This document shows, in pieces, positions 36,264 through 47,700 of a stretch of DNA of 64,000 bases. Under the pieces are notes generated by a model that had not been told where the DNA came from, did not search any database, and saw nothing but the letters and a program-made list of their open reading frames with translations. This DNA is from a virus, in IMG/VR virus record IMGVR_UViG_3300049489_001336, positions 125,880-189,879 of that record; one strand, 5' to 3'. How positions within the stretch are numbered: the first letter of the stretch is position 1; each line of letters starts with the position of its first letter. Made by a program: the position numbers and the translations under genes.

Positions 36264-36941
36264 ATGGACAAAGACGTCGAGCTCTACAACCAATGGCGTA
36301 AAACACAATCTCCATTGGATATGGAGAAGCTGCTTAAGCAGCTCGATCCTTTGATTCAATCAGAGGTAAATCGACGTGCGGGGTCGTTGTCACGTGCGTT
36401 GTTAGAAACACAAGCAAAGACGCTGGCCGTTAAAGCCATCAAGGGTTTTAGTCCTGACAAAGGCGCGAAACTCTCTACACACGTGACAAATCAGCTGCAG
36501 AAGTTGAGCCGCGTTAATTACGCCCATCAAAAAGCAGCGCGTATTCCTGAACATTCCGTGCTGCAGCACAAGACGTACACTTTTGCTCTGGAAGACTTTA
36601 AGACAGAGCACGGGCGAGATCCCTCAGCCGAAGAGCTGTCCGACACGCTGGGCTGGAGCCCTAAAAAGCTAGAACAATTTCAGACCCAGTTTAGGCCTGA
36701 ATTGTTAGAGAGCAAAGATTCTCCCACAGATATGTTCGTGCCGTATTCGCACGATCCCCGTATCGACTATGCCTATCACAGCATGTCACCACGCCAGCAA
36801 CAGATATTCGAGCACACGACCGGCTATTTAGGGCGTCCTGTTCTATCGAATACCAAGCTCATGCAGAAGCTCAATATTACGCAGGGTGTACTGAGCTACG
36901 AAAAGAACAAAATTAAGTCGTTGCTGGAGGGGCTGCAATGA
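36264..36941 (+). CDS. sigma70-family RNA polymerase sigma factor-like protein
   Basis: region 2-like (KLSTHVTNQL), region 3 (GRDPSAEELSDTLGW), region 4 HTH-like (MSPRQQQIF...). Confidence 0.75.
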   Translation: MDKDVELYNQWRKTQSPLDMEKLLKQLDPLIQSEVNRRAGSLSRALLETQAKTLAVKAIKGFSPDKGAKLSTHVTNQLQKLSRVNYAHQKAARIPEHSVLQHKTYTFALEDFKTEHGRDPSAEELSDTLGWSPKKLEQFQTQFRPELLESKDSPTDMFVPYSHDPRIDYAYHSMSPRQQQIFEHTTGYLGRPVLSNTKLMQKLNITQGVLSYEKNKIKSLLEGLQ

Positions 36942-38422
36942 CCTCACGTGATAATCTGTTAACGCCCGGATTGCGCCCTTTAGACGCCTCACATACAGCG
37001 GGGCTGAATGCATTCGAAGGGACTGCTCTTACTGAAAATACCGAGCTACTAGACCAAAGTTATCAAAAGGAGCTCGCAGCCGTAAGTCGGTTTTTTGAAG
37101 AGAATCAATCAGGCTATGAGAACATAACACGGCAACAACGTACCAGCGGTGTAAGTCAACGTCTTATTTCAAACACAGGTTTAGACTTGTTGTTTAAACC
37201 TGATTTTGGTCTTGTCGAACGCGGGCGCGGAGCCCCTGTTTTTAGGTATTTTTCTCCTAAAACAAACAACGGCATTCGAAAATTTAAAGATACGATTTAT
37301 TTCGTGGTAATGCACAGTTTTGGACGTGGGTATGACTATACGATTACGCAACGCAACAATAGCCGTACTGTACCTATTGACCCAGAAACAGGCCATAGCC
37401 CTGCGAGGTTTGCATTAGGCATTCGTACGCTCACGGGCCCGTCCGCGCGAGACGGCGTAAGCATACACCATTTAGTCAGTTTACGCGGCGATTTGGTCAA
37501 TTCTGTATCTTGGGATAACCGCTGTGTGCATGGTGAAGGCGGGGGCATCAATGGTGTCAACGACTACTCGATAGGTATTGAACATGAGGAATGGTACATA
37601 CGCTTATTAAATAATGGGCGATCTCCACGAGAAATTGAAGATCATGGCCCGTACACCGACGCCCAATACGCTATTGACGCCTTCATCATAAAAAAACTCG
37701 AAGCGTATACTGGATTATCCTATACGAATTATTTAGGGCACGGACCGGAACTAGCAGCCAATATACGTGCTAAAGTTCCTGGTTGCTTCAACCACGCGTC
37801 AACGTCTCGGCACGCAGACCCCGGCGCTGAGTTCTTTTTACCTCCAGGCTTTACAATCGGTATGGACTTTAGCCAAGCACCCATGGCTAGGGACCGGCCC
37901 GGCGCCTGGGAACGGCGCATGGCTATCTGGTACAGAGATTTACCTCGTGGGACTAAAATAAGTGCTTATGATCGTATTTTTGACAAAGTAGCGCGTTTAC
38001 GTAGTTTCGATTTACAAACCGAAGTGTTCGATCCTTCCATAAACAATGGAAGAATTCAAATCGCGGTGCCGGAAGTCACAGGAACCACCACGGTAGCCGC
38101 AGCGCAACGGGCAACGCAAGACCGCTTGTCTAGCATAGACCGTGCGCAAGCTATGCAATCTCAAACGCGCGCGAACATGTACCAAGCGGCGAAGCGTACA
38201 AACAACGCAGTGTCTGAGACTTGGGCACGGCAGACCGCCGCTCTTACGCGGATATCTTCGGCAGCTGCTGCACTGCCGGTCATTGAGAATGCCCTCGGTT
38301 TTGACAAAACTACAGGGCAGTGGGTCAACGCCACTACTGTTAACATGGCACGCACTAGTACTGCGGTACAGCCTGCGACGCCCGCTACAGTAAATATGAG
38401 CATAGATGGCCAAGAAGTTTGA
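36938..38422 (+). CDS. N-acetylmuramoyl-L-alanine amidase (Amidase_2-like) with extensions
   Basis: VVMHS, NDYSIGIEHE, YTDAQY, NH..HADPG Zn-ligand pattern. Confidence 0.75.
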   Translation: MTSRDNLLTPGLRPLDASHTAGLNAFEGTALTENTELLDQSYQKELAAVSRFFEENQSGYENITRQQRTSGVSQRLISNTGLDLLFKPDFGLVERGRGAPVFRYFSPKTNNGIRKFKDTIYFVVMHSFGRGYDYTITQRNNSRTVPIDPETGHSPARFALGIRTLTGPSARDGVSIHHLVSLRGDLVNSVSWDNRCVHGEGGGINGVNDYSIGIEHEEWYIRLLNNGRSPREIEDHGPYTDAQYAIDAFIIKKLEAYTGLSYTNYLGHGPELAANIRAKVPGCFNHASTSRHADPGAEFFLPPGFTIGMDFSQAPMARDRPGAWERRMAIWYRDLPRGTKISAYDRIFDKVARLRSFDLQTEVFDPSINNGRIQIAVPEVTGTTTVAAAQRATQDRLSSIDRAQAMQSQTRANMYQAAKRTNNAVSETWARQTAALTRISSAAAALPVIENALGFDKTTGQWVNATTVNMARTSTAVQPATPATVNMSIDGQEV

Positions 38423-38861
38423 CATTCACTTTCAGGTACTCCCTGAAGCCGAACAGCGAGAGACTTCAACTCTCGTGTCGTTTGGTACAACTTCTTCCTT
38501 GGGTGTGAAGGGCTTTCAAATGCTCATCAACCAGTGGGTGAAGTGTCTTTTAACCCCACGCGGGAGCGATCCTACCGATTTAGCCTACGGGACTGATTTT
38601 ACGAAACTAGTAGGGTCTAATATTTCTATTGCTGATTCCCGCGATGTTGTTGCGGTGGCTGTTGACCAGTGCAACGAACAGCTTTTTTCTTTTCAGGACA
38701 ACGACCCGACACTTACGCCAAGTGAACGCTTGGCTAGTGCTGAAATTATCGAGTTTATCGAGTATCCTGAGGAACCAGGGTTCCGTGTTAGGGTTGAGCT
38801 CAAGAATCAAGCCCAAGAGCGCCTCGCAGTGAGCGTGCCTGTCACTACGTTAACGGAGTAG
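38406..38861 (+). CDS. baseplate wedge protein, gp25-like
   Basis: LLTPRGSDP..YGTDF motif; directly upstream of baseplate J-like gene. Confidence 0.7.
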   Translation: MAKKFDIHFQVLPEAEQRETSTLVSFGTTSSLGVKGFQMLINQWVKCLLTPRGSDPTDLAYGTDFTKLVGSNISIADSRDVVAVAVDQCNEQLFSFQDNDPTLTPSERLASAEIIEFIEYPEEPGFRVRVELKNQAQERLAVSVPVTTLTE

Positions 38862-38868
38862 TCGAAAA

Positions 38869-40839
38869 ATGCCGATTGAGATTAATGCCGATGACGTAGC
38901 TCGCGCCGAAGCGTTCTTAGAAGTTCTTTTGACTGAAAGTATTCCGGAAGGTCGGTTTACTCCTGGAACCGCTCTTAGAGATCTAACCGTAAAGGCGTTA
39001 GCTTTTACTTTTGGCGCAATCCAAAAAGACAACGCGCAAGTAAAAGCGCTGCAGAGTCTTTTGTCTGTACAGAGTATTGCGACAGCCGACCCCGACGTTG
39101 ACCGTGCTGTTGCGTCTGCCACTGACGCTATTTTATCTAACTGGTTTATCAAACGTAAAGCGGGCGGGTTTGCCCGTGGCCTTGTGTTTGTCGAAGTAAG
39201 TAAGCGGCAAGACTACTTGATTAGCGGTAATCACAGGTTCTCGTACGATAGAGATCACGTTTTTTATCCCGATGTAACCGACCCCAGTCAGACCATCATT
39301 GTCAAAGCCAGTGATTTAATCCCTGTTCTAACTGTAGACGGTACGGTCCAGGGTTATCAGTTTTCTCAGCGGGTTATCGCTGCCCGTACAGGTGCTGATT
39401 TCAACGTGGCTCCGGGTACGTGGGCTGGTGGAACTACATTTAGCCCTTTTGCCGTGCGCGTCTTTAGCGCGACTAAATTCGAGGGTGGTAAAGGGCGAGA
39501 GACTACGACAGAGCTCATCGCACGCTCTGAAACTGCCACGTCAACGCGAAACCTGATTAATACGCGCTCCATTGACGCGACACTTCGCGACAAGTTTACG
39601 ACCATAAATCGCATGCTCGTAGTCGGCATGGGCGACCCTGAAATGCAACGCGACATGAAAGTCGAGTTAGCTACAGGGTCAAAAATACACGTGGGTGGCC
39701 ATTATGACGTGTATTTAGAGCTTCCGAGGGTTCAAGCGGTATTCGAAGGCCAAGTAGGCGGTTCGTATATTCGCCCTGACGGCGTAATCAATGTGTTTAG
39801 AGATTCTACAATCTCGAATTGGAACACCACAGGCATCCAGTTAGGCGACGTAATTCGAATCTCGTCTGTGTATGAAGATTCACCGCCTAAAGACTTCGTA
39901 ATTAAGGAAATCACCAGCACAGAGTTGCGCGTCAGTGAAAACACGCCCTTTGCAGTGGCTACCGACGAGCTAGGTGACTTTGTTGACTACTACATTTACC
40001 GGCCTATTTATGGCGCTGACGTACAACTGCTTCCTACGCTGAGCGTCAATACAACAGGTCAAACGTCTCGACGGGTTCAGGTGCCCAATCGGGTAGTTTT
40101 GCCGGGCGGAGCCCATTACGACATTTTGGATGTCGCGGTGATTAACCCAGATGCAGGGGACCCGTATATCAATCCCACAGATGGGTATGTACATTTCCCT
40201 GTGCGTTCTAATGAGACGCCCGCCACGGTGACATCACAGCAGTATTTAGAATATCAGGTCGTCAGCAAAAACACGGGCGTAGCGCAGTCTCAGTTGTGTT
40301 TCGAAGAATTGTACTTAGTCGCTGCGTACAACGAAAAAACAGTACGTGTGACATACGAAACGTTAGCTAGCTTAGACGTTATTCACGATTTCGCACGAGA
40401 TCGCTTTGAGCGCGTCGTTGCGGGCAATATTTTAACCCGCGGCTACAACCCCGTGTATTTGTCGATGGTGGTGCCTTATCGGCGTAAACCACTTATTCAG
40501 ACCACGATCAACGAAGACGCGATTCGGCAAAATTTGACCGACTATATCAACGCGTTTGATCCCAACGACATTATCGACGTTTCAGACATCGCTACTTTTG
40601 TTAGAAATGAAAGTACTGCGATTGGTGCTGTTCTTCCTTTCGAGATTAATTACAAACTAATTTTGCCGGACGGTCGAACAATCCAGTTCACCACAGAAGA
40701 CCAAGTGCTCATCGATCCTGCGCGAATTAATGACGACTTGGCGAATTCGTCTCTTACCAACGCGCTGTCTCTTGGATTAAGTGACCGCACAGTGCGCTAC
40801 TTTACTTCGATTGAACGTATCGCGTTAGAGGAGCGCTGA
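38869..40839 (+). CDS. baseplate J-like wedge protein
   Basis: GGKGRETTTELIAR motif; follows gp25-like gene. Confidence 0.7.
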   Translation: MPIEINADDVARAEAFLEVLLTESIPEGRFTPGTALRDLTVKALAFTFGAIQKDNAQVKALQSLLSVQSIATADPDVDRAVASATDAILSNWFIKRKAGGFARGLVFVEVSKRQDYLISGNHRFSYDRDHVFYPDVTDPSQTIIVKASDLIPVLTVDGTVQGYQFSQRVIAARTGADFNVAPGTWAGGTTFSPFAVRVFSATKFEGGKGRETTTELIARSETATSTRNLINTRSIDATLRDKFTTINRMLVVGMGDPEMQRDMKVELATGSKIHVGGHYDVYLELPRVQAVFEGQVGGSYIRPDGVINVFRDSTISNWNTTGIQLGDVIRISSVYEDSPPKDFVIKEITSTELRVSENTPFAVATDELGDFVDYYIYRPIYGADVQLLPTLSVNTTGQTSRRVQVPNRVVLPGGAHYDILDVAVINPDAGDPYINPTDGYVHFPVRSNETPATVTSQQYLEYQVVSKNTGVAQSQLCFEELYLVAAYNEKTVRVTYETLASLDVIHDFARDRFERVVAGNILTRGYNPVYLSMVVPYRRKPLIQTTINEDAIRQNLTDYINAFDPNDIIDVSDIATFVRNESTAIGAVLPFEINYKLILPDGRTIQFTTEDQVLIDPARINDDLANSSLTNALSLGLSDRTVRYFTSIERIALEER

Positions 40840-40843
40840 GTCC

Positions 40844-43800
40844 ATGGCGAATTTCAGCAATCAAGCACGCGGTATTATCGAAGGTTTGTCTGATTTTTGG
40901 TTGGTCTATTTCAAGGAAATTGACCAATTAAAGACGTTATACACAGGCACAGACATCTTGATGGGCCAGTCCTATTTGGACTTATTGTCCCTTTTGATGA
41001 ACAACAGCGTTCAAGACGCCCCGTTGTACAACAAAGAGTACTTTAAACAGATAAATATCAAGGAAACTGAGACTAAGTATTTGCAGGGTACAAATCCTGA
41101 AACGGATTGCTACAGGTACATCGCTGAGGAAAATCTTGTAACCGCACCTTTTTTGAATAACAAGATTTTCAGTGTTACGGCGTCTCTTGAACGCGATGTC
41201 GATTACCGTATGGTGAATCGGCAGTTTGAGTTCAAATACGACCCGCTCAATGCGTATTATCAAAAGACGTTTGGTACGGGTAACTCTAAGTTTACGGTAC
41301 GTACCCGAGATCCCTTGGCTACCAACGTACGCATCTCGTTGTCTGATGATGGCACAGCGCCGGTTGCCGTATCGCGATCGGGCACAGAGAATGACGTCCT
41401 TGTCCAGTATGACGGCACTGCCAACACAAACACCACGTCTGCACGGGGCATTGTCCAAGCCATTAACCTGCATCCCGAATTAAAGGGACTTATCTATGCA
41501 GAGCTGGAATTAACCGATGGGGGCGCCGCCGCACCCGCGGACACTGGCGGGTTTATCGCGCTTGCACGGGCATCGCGCAACGCCTTAGACGGGTTTGCTA
41601 CACGCAGCATTGAACAGAGCTTCGGTGGCAAGTTCACCAGCACAAGCGTTTCCAACTGGGTGACTGCTGGCGTACAAAAAGGCGACATTTTACGCTTAGT
41701 GTCTGGGCCTAGTATCGGTACACCGCAGGAATTACGAATTGATTTAGTCCGTGAAGACGCGCTTTATTTAAATGCTGATGAGCCGATTACGAATATCAAA
41801 GCAGGCGATAAAATAGAGTTTAGAGTTATCCGCGAACCGCGTGAGCATACTGTTATTCAGGCGCCGTTAGCAGCGAGTTGTACGTCGATTCAGACGAACT
41901 CCGATGGAGAACTTGCAGCGGATACCCGCCAATTTTATGCGCCTTCTGCGACCTTTTCACCCCTTCACGTAGGCGATTTAATCGAAATACTGGGCACGTC
42001 TAATGCAGGCTACGCCCGTATTTTAAGTTGGGTAAACGCGCAGACGGTGACCGTTGGCTATACCGACGCGGCTACGGAAACAGGCCTTGTTTGGAATCAT
42101 TTATCGACGTTTACGGCGTCAGGTACCCTTAACGGTGACTTCACAAACAACGGCAATGGCACCGCTACTTTTGTACAAGCGGGAGGTCCCTTCACGACAG
42201 ACCCCGTAGGAACTGTTATTCGTATTCGACGTGGCACGGGTGAATTAGAATCCTACGAAATCATAGAAAAAGTAGATGCTACAGAAGTCATTGTTAAGGC
42301 AGCGACTACCGCAGTAACTGCCACCGGACTTACCTGGGCCTGGGCGAGTTATATCCCGCCAGTCACCACAGTGGCCTACGCGCAAATCAAAGGCAAAAGC
42401 GCCAATGTGCAAGCACGGCGTTATGTCGATGAACAAGCCGTTGTTGAAGGCCGTGATTTTATCGTTTTAGAAGACACGGCGCAGATAAAGCCTCTCACGA
42501 CGTGGCGACCTGCGGTCGATAATGCGCTTGATTACGCTTACCGGCTGCTAGTGGTGAGCAACACCAGCACGTTGCAAAACGGCTCGGACGGTACCGTGAC
42601 ATACGGTGCTACGAGCACTTTTTCGGCACCAACTGCGAATTTCTCTTATAACGATATTGGCCAAGCCCTACGAATTTCTAATTCGGGTATTCTCACAGGG
42701 GCGAATAACAACGTTACGTACTTTATTGCAGGAGTTACGTCGGCCACGACGGTCACGCTTACGAGTTCCGTGGCGACTACCACAGACCCCAACAACGGGT
42801 CTTTAACGTGGGAATTGCTCCCACGAGGCACTTTTGAGACGTCGAATGTTACGGCGTTCATACAAGAGACCTCGTTCTGGGCACCTGATGCGTTGGTGGA
42901 CCGATTCCATCTGTACAACACGTTTGGTTACTTGATTAATCGCTACGAAGTTTCTAGCGAAAGCTATAGATCGCTAATTCGAGGCATTTTCCAACTGTTT
43001 ATGTTGGGACCGACGCTGGAACGCTTTGAGTCGGCTATTAACATCATCGCAGGGTTTCCTACGGTTCGTGACGACGGCGAAATCTTGCTGGATTACGTCA
43101 CAGGGTCAACGCAGAGCGGTTCAGATGGCGTCTTAGACGGCACAACACGTACGTTCTCAGCGGCGTCTGCTGCCTTTACGCAAGAGTCAGAATACGGATA
43201 TATTTATATCAGTACAGGCTTAAACGAAAACAAGCTGTACAAAATTATTGCAGTGCTGAGCTCTACGCAAGTGCTGTTGGATTCGACTATCACAACAGAT
43301 AGCGCGGTCGCGTGGGAGTTCTCGTCAACAGGACAGCATACGGTCACCACGTCTAGGCAGGCTTACACGTTTGCCCGCACGGTGCCTTTGCGCAGCGTAG
43401 TGACAGACCCTGCCAACGTTGGGGTGAAAGTATTTCGTGCTTTCGAGGTACTTACGGACGTATTTAGCGTCACGGACTATGTAGAGACCCCTGATTGGTG
43501 GACCCGTGTTCAAATCCCGCAAGAGCTCTGGGAAGGCGAAGATGCCTTACGGCGACAGTCTACACCAGTGCTCTTTGAGAACGTCATTGGCCCCGCCGAT
43601 GACGGGCGAATTGGAGATCCTGGGTTTTTTATTGGGGCGGATAGCTTGGGATTTGTACCGCCTGCGATGGTTAAGTACCCTGGAAGTAATAACGGGGTAC
43701 TGACAGGGGATATCCTGTATCCGTTCTCGAACAACGTTTACTTCGAGAGTGCTACTGCATCTTTTACGATCGATGATGTCGGCAACACTGTAGAACTAGC

Positions 43801-44155
43801 TTCGGGCAGCTACCGTATCCTTGATAGGCTTTCAGCCACACGCGTACAGCTTGAAGCGTTTAACAACGTAACCAGCGCTTCAGGACTTACATGGTCCGTA
43901 AAGAGCCAAGCAACACCCCTGCGCCACAAGGCAGCGTTCGTTATTCTGGATACTTGGCTGAAGTATCAAATGTTCTTTGTGACGTTCAATCCAGTGCTTC
44001 TAGGAAAGTTATCAGCAGCGTTCCTAACGAGTCTGGAAGACCTTGTATATGTGGCTAAACCCGCATACACATATCTTGTCGTTTCGCCATCGTCTTTGTT
44101 TAAAGAGACGATAAATGTGACGGAAGATGAACTCGAAATTACGGTGAACCCCTAA
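40844..44155 (+). CDS. large baseplate/tail structural protein
   Basis: 1103 aa, beta-rich repeats; position after baseplate J-like gene. Confidence 0.55.
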   Translation: MANFSNQARGIIEGLSDFWLVYFKEIDQLKTLYTGTDILMGQSYLDLLSLLMNNSVQDAPLYNKEYFKQINIKETETKYLQGTNPETDCYRYIAEENLVTAPFLNNKIFSVTASLERDVDYRMVNRQFEFKYDPLNAYYQKTFGTGNSKFTVRTRDPLATNVRISLSDDGTAPVAVSRSGTENDVLVQYDGTANTNTTSARGIVQAINLHPELKGLIYAELELTDGGAAAPADTGGFIALARASRNALDGFATRSIEQSFGGKFTSTSVSNWVTAGVQKGDILRLVSGPSIGTPQELRIDLVREDALYLNADEPITNIKAGDKIEFRVIREPREHTVIQAPLAASCTSIQTNSDGELAADTRQFYAPSATFSPLHVGDLIEILGTSNAGYARILSWVNAQTVTVGYTDAATETGLVWNHLSTFTASGTLNGDFTNNGNGTATFVQAGGPFTTDPVGTVIRIRRGTGELESYEIIEKVDATEVIVKAATTAVTATGLTWAWASYIPPVTTVAYAQIKGKSANVQARRYVDEQAVVEGRDFIVLEDTAQIKPLTTWRPAVDNALDYAYRLLVVSNTSTLQNGSDGTVTYGATSTFSAPTANFSYNDIGQALRISNSGILTGANNNVTYFIAGVTSATTVTLTSSVATTTDPNNGSLTWELLPRGTFETSNVTAFIQETSFWAPDALVDRFHLYNTFGYLINRYEVSSESYRSLIRGIFQLFMLGPTLERFESAINIIAGFPTVRDDGEILLDYVTGSTQSGSDGVLDGTTRTFSAASAAFTQESEYGYIYISTGLNENKLYKIIAVLSSTQVLLDSTITTDSAVAWEFSSTGQHTVTTSRQAYTFARTVPLRSVVTDPANVGVKVFRAFEVLTDVFSVTDYVETPDWWTRVQIPQELWEGEDALRRQSTPVLFENVIGPADDGRIGDPGFFIGADSLGFVPPAMVKYPGSNNGVLTGDILYPFSNNVYFESATASFTIDDVGNTVELASGSYRILDRLSATRVQLEAFNNVTSASGLTWSVKSQATPLRHKAAFVILDTWLKYQMFFVTFNPVLLGKLSAAFLTSLEDLVYVAKPAYTYLVVSPSSLFKETINVTEDELEITVNP

Positions 44156-44685
44156 TGGACAATTTTAGCAGTTCTCTTAATTTTCGAGGGGACCTTAGGG
44201 TCATTCGCAGAGACGCGTACGATTATCGTATTCTTTCCGTTTGGGAAAAGAAAAACGTAATTACGTACAACGGTACTGACAGCATTATTCGACTGCTAGC
44301 CCCTAATGCTGCTTTGGGTGCGAATATCCAAGAAGAAAGCCAGATCAAATCTATGCGATTTGGCACGAATGCAACTGCACCACAGCGTACAGACACCAAC
44401 CTACTCTCGGAAGCCGTCGTCAGCGGAAACCCTGTTCGTATAGAACTGCTGGATGCTAATCGTATTATCGGGGGTGCAAGCACCGTAGAGTACGTTGCCA
44501 CGTTAGGTTCTGGGGACGGAAACGGGGTTACCTACCGTGAGGCGGGATTATTCACAAGAGGTACCGCTGACGCTCCTTTGCTCACAACAGCATCGCGTAT
44601 GTTCGCGCGACAGGCTTTTTCTGACCAAGTGAAGACCATAGCCGTCGTCTTAGAATTCCGCTGGCGCATCACCATCACTGCTTGA
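44155..44685 (+). CDS. tail-collar/fibre-attachment-like protein
   Basis: KNVIT..G, FGT..TAP..TDT.L, REAGLF motifs of phage fibre-proximal proteins. Confidence 0.55.
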   Translation: MDNFSSSLNFRGDLRVIRRDAYDYRILSVWEKKNVITYNGTDSIIRLLAPNAALGANIQEESQIKSMRFGTNATAPQRTDTNLLSEAVVSGNPVRIELLDANRIIGGASTVEYVATLGSGDGNGVTYREAGLFTRGTADAPLLTTASRMFARQAFSDQVKTIAVVLEFRWRITITA

Positions 44686-44703
44686 TTTAGAGAGAAGAAC
44701 AAA

Positions 44704-47700
44704 ATGGGAACAGAGCAAAAAGGTTTTGTTGATTTTCTCAACGGCGGTGACACGGGGCAAGACAACATTGCTTCGGTTCAACCTGTTTCCGACAATGAAG
44801 GTGCGACGCAGTTAGTGCTGCGGCGTCCTACGGAAAATATTCGTTCGCGTACTGAGATTTTGCGCGATGAGATAGAGGAATTGAAGTACTACCGGGATTA
44901 CGGTCATTTAATGATCGAATATACGGGAGGCACCCTTGATTGGGCTGGCCCCGGTAATCTCGCCGATTTTAGCGGAGGAACTTTCCGAATTTCTCCTATG
45001 CTTGCCCCTGGGTCTGCAAAAAAAGGCAGCCTTGGCATTGGTATGGCAGGGGTAAATCGTGTCATTTATACCATAGCAACAGGCGCGTATGCCACTCACG
45101 GCATGAACGCCATCACGGTAGAGCACAGAGATGGCGGCGTTGGAACTGCTCTTAGTGCTCAGATTACTGCAGGGCCCGTTCGACGTATTTTAGTGGTCTT
45201 TGATAGCACTAATACAAGCCATCACGCCACGGCGGCAAAAGCCGTAATAGACGCCGCAATTGCCGCGGATACAGGTACTCCTGATTTAACTGGAAAAATC
45301 AACGTAACGGTAGATACAGCAGATCTTGTGGCTATTACGGCCAGTGCCGAGACGCGCATTGAAGGTACTGCAGACGACGAAGTTCACGTTATTCAAGCTA
45401 CAGACATCACGGCACTAGGGAATTTAGCCATTGGGGATGGTGTTGCTGTTTGGTATAGGTATTTAATTGAACCAGACGCAGGTTTTGGCTCAGACCCCAA
45501 ACTAGGTTTGGCAGGCGGGCGTGCCGAATCGTCAAGCACTCGCGGCACTAGCGCTATCCCGTCTGCCGCGTTGTTTAAGACGACGGCTAACCCCGAAAAA
45601 ATACCAGGGGCAATCCCCATCTGTAAGGTCGCATCGAACGGCCAGCTGGTGTTTTACGACGGAACCCGTGTAGAAGCTGGGGCTACGGGGTTTGCGTTTA
45701 AAAGTTACCAAAAAATGATTGTCGACGTCGTAGCTGCTTACGCAGCACCAGGCGGTGCTGCCTTGATAGGTTACGCCGGAGGTAATGCGTGGCATGACGG
45801 AACTGGGAATGGTCAAACAACTGTAGAGCTTCAACTTGATAAAATTGTTGACGACCTTGCAGATGACAGTGTCACGTCTGGTGCTAAAAAGATTGGACTT
45901 TACAGCACTAATTTTTCAGGAGCGCTTACCGCTACTGGCGGTGGCGGTCTTATAAGCACCGATGAAGACCTCCAAGTAGCCTTAGAAAGAGTGAATACGC
46001 AACTTGTAGCTCGGCGTGCCTTTACAGGGGTAGTTACTGACGGTACGACAACGGTAGGAGGGGACATTAACAGCGCTACCCCGGTCCCCACGTTGATGTC
46101 TACGTTCACGAATGGCGGAAGCTTCATGTTCCGCTGTGGCGCATATAACATAGCTGCGGGGGTAACGTATAATGATACAGCGCATTGGATAGGGGAGCGT
46201 GCGGGGGCGGTTACGCTCACTAACTCCAGTGCTGCAGAAATCGCGTTTACGCCGGCGAGCGTAACTCTTACTCAATCTTTTGAAAACATTTATTGGCGGG
46301 GTACCGCCGCCGCGCTGTCCCGTACCGTTTTTTATGACGGTAATTTTGAGCTAAAAAACTGCGTAGCTACCGCTGGCGTACTTATATTTTCGTCAAGTGC
46401 GGCTAAAACTACTGTAAGTATCGATAATTTACAAATACTTGTAGATGACAACGTCAGTGATGCCGACCAAGGTGTCCAATTTGTTGGGGATAATTCAAAA
46501 CCTTTAACAGGCACCGTTCGTAATTTATCTGTTAAAGTAATCCCAGCGGCGGACGCCACCACCGACGCTAAGTACGCGTTACGCTTGTCGAACATGTCTA
46601 GCTATACTGACAGTTCTCTCGTTTTTGAGAATTGTACTTTTTCAATAGCGACAGGCTTTGGGCTTGCAGGGGGTGTAATTGTTCAAATTAGTTCTTGTAG
46701 CCAACCTGTCGTATTTCGCGGATGTGTTTTTGCGTGTACACAAGCTTCTGCAACGGTCACGGTACTCCAAATAACTAGTAGTTCAAACATAATTTTTGAA
46801 GACTGCACGTTTACCCAAGACGGCCTAGGGAAACTCATTGACATTGACTTGAGCAGCAACGTGCACTTTAAACGGTGTAAATTCTATACAAGTACGTTGG
46901 CTGCGAATGAAGGGGATATTTCTGTAGGATATTCTACAGGAACTATCGTGATGGACCCTGTGACATTTGAGAAATGTCATATAGACATCCGCTTTGGAAG
47001 TAGCACATTTCTACGACGAATTCGCTTAAACGGAGGCGCCGGTTCAACCCAAGAAAGCGGCGTATGCCCTGTACATTTATATGATGTTTCTATAAAGTTA
47101 AATTATTCTAATACAGGTTATGTAAATTCACGTATGTTCGCTATGTACTCCTTAACGGGAGTCGCGCAAAGTATCGCGCAGAATCTAACATTTGATCTAA
47201 ACAGTAAAGAGTTATTACTGTCAAATGATGACGTAATCTATTTTGGCGGGGATCCTTATCAGAAACTACTAGTTAAAAACCTAGAATTACTGAATGTAAG
47301 AGAGCCTGTAGGAACTGCTTCTTACTTAGTACAATTGTTACGTACAGAAATAGACGGAGGGCACATTGTACCGAATGCAAACGCTTCTGGTACGCGTTGG
47401 CAAGCCCTTTTCTATTTGAATGCAGGATCTACTTTAAAAGGAGTACGTTATGCAGCGATCAACCTCTTACACGGGCACTTTGCAGACGTACACGGTACAG
47501 AGACTGCTATCCTCGATAACGTTATCGAGGGTGCCCCTAACACCAGTGAACAAGGTGACAACGGTTACGGCTGGTTTGTACGTATACGAGATACCGCAGA
47601 GCGTACTCTTATAAGTAGAAACCACGTGCGATTAACCGCAGACGGTAACTTTGCGTTTTCGGGAATTTCAAATGTAATTCACGTGATGGGAGTAGACTGT

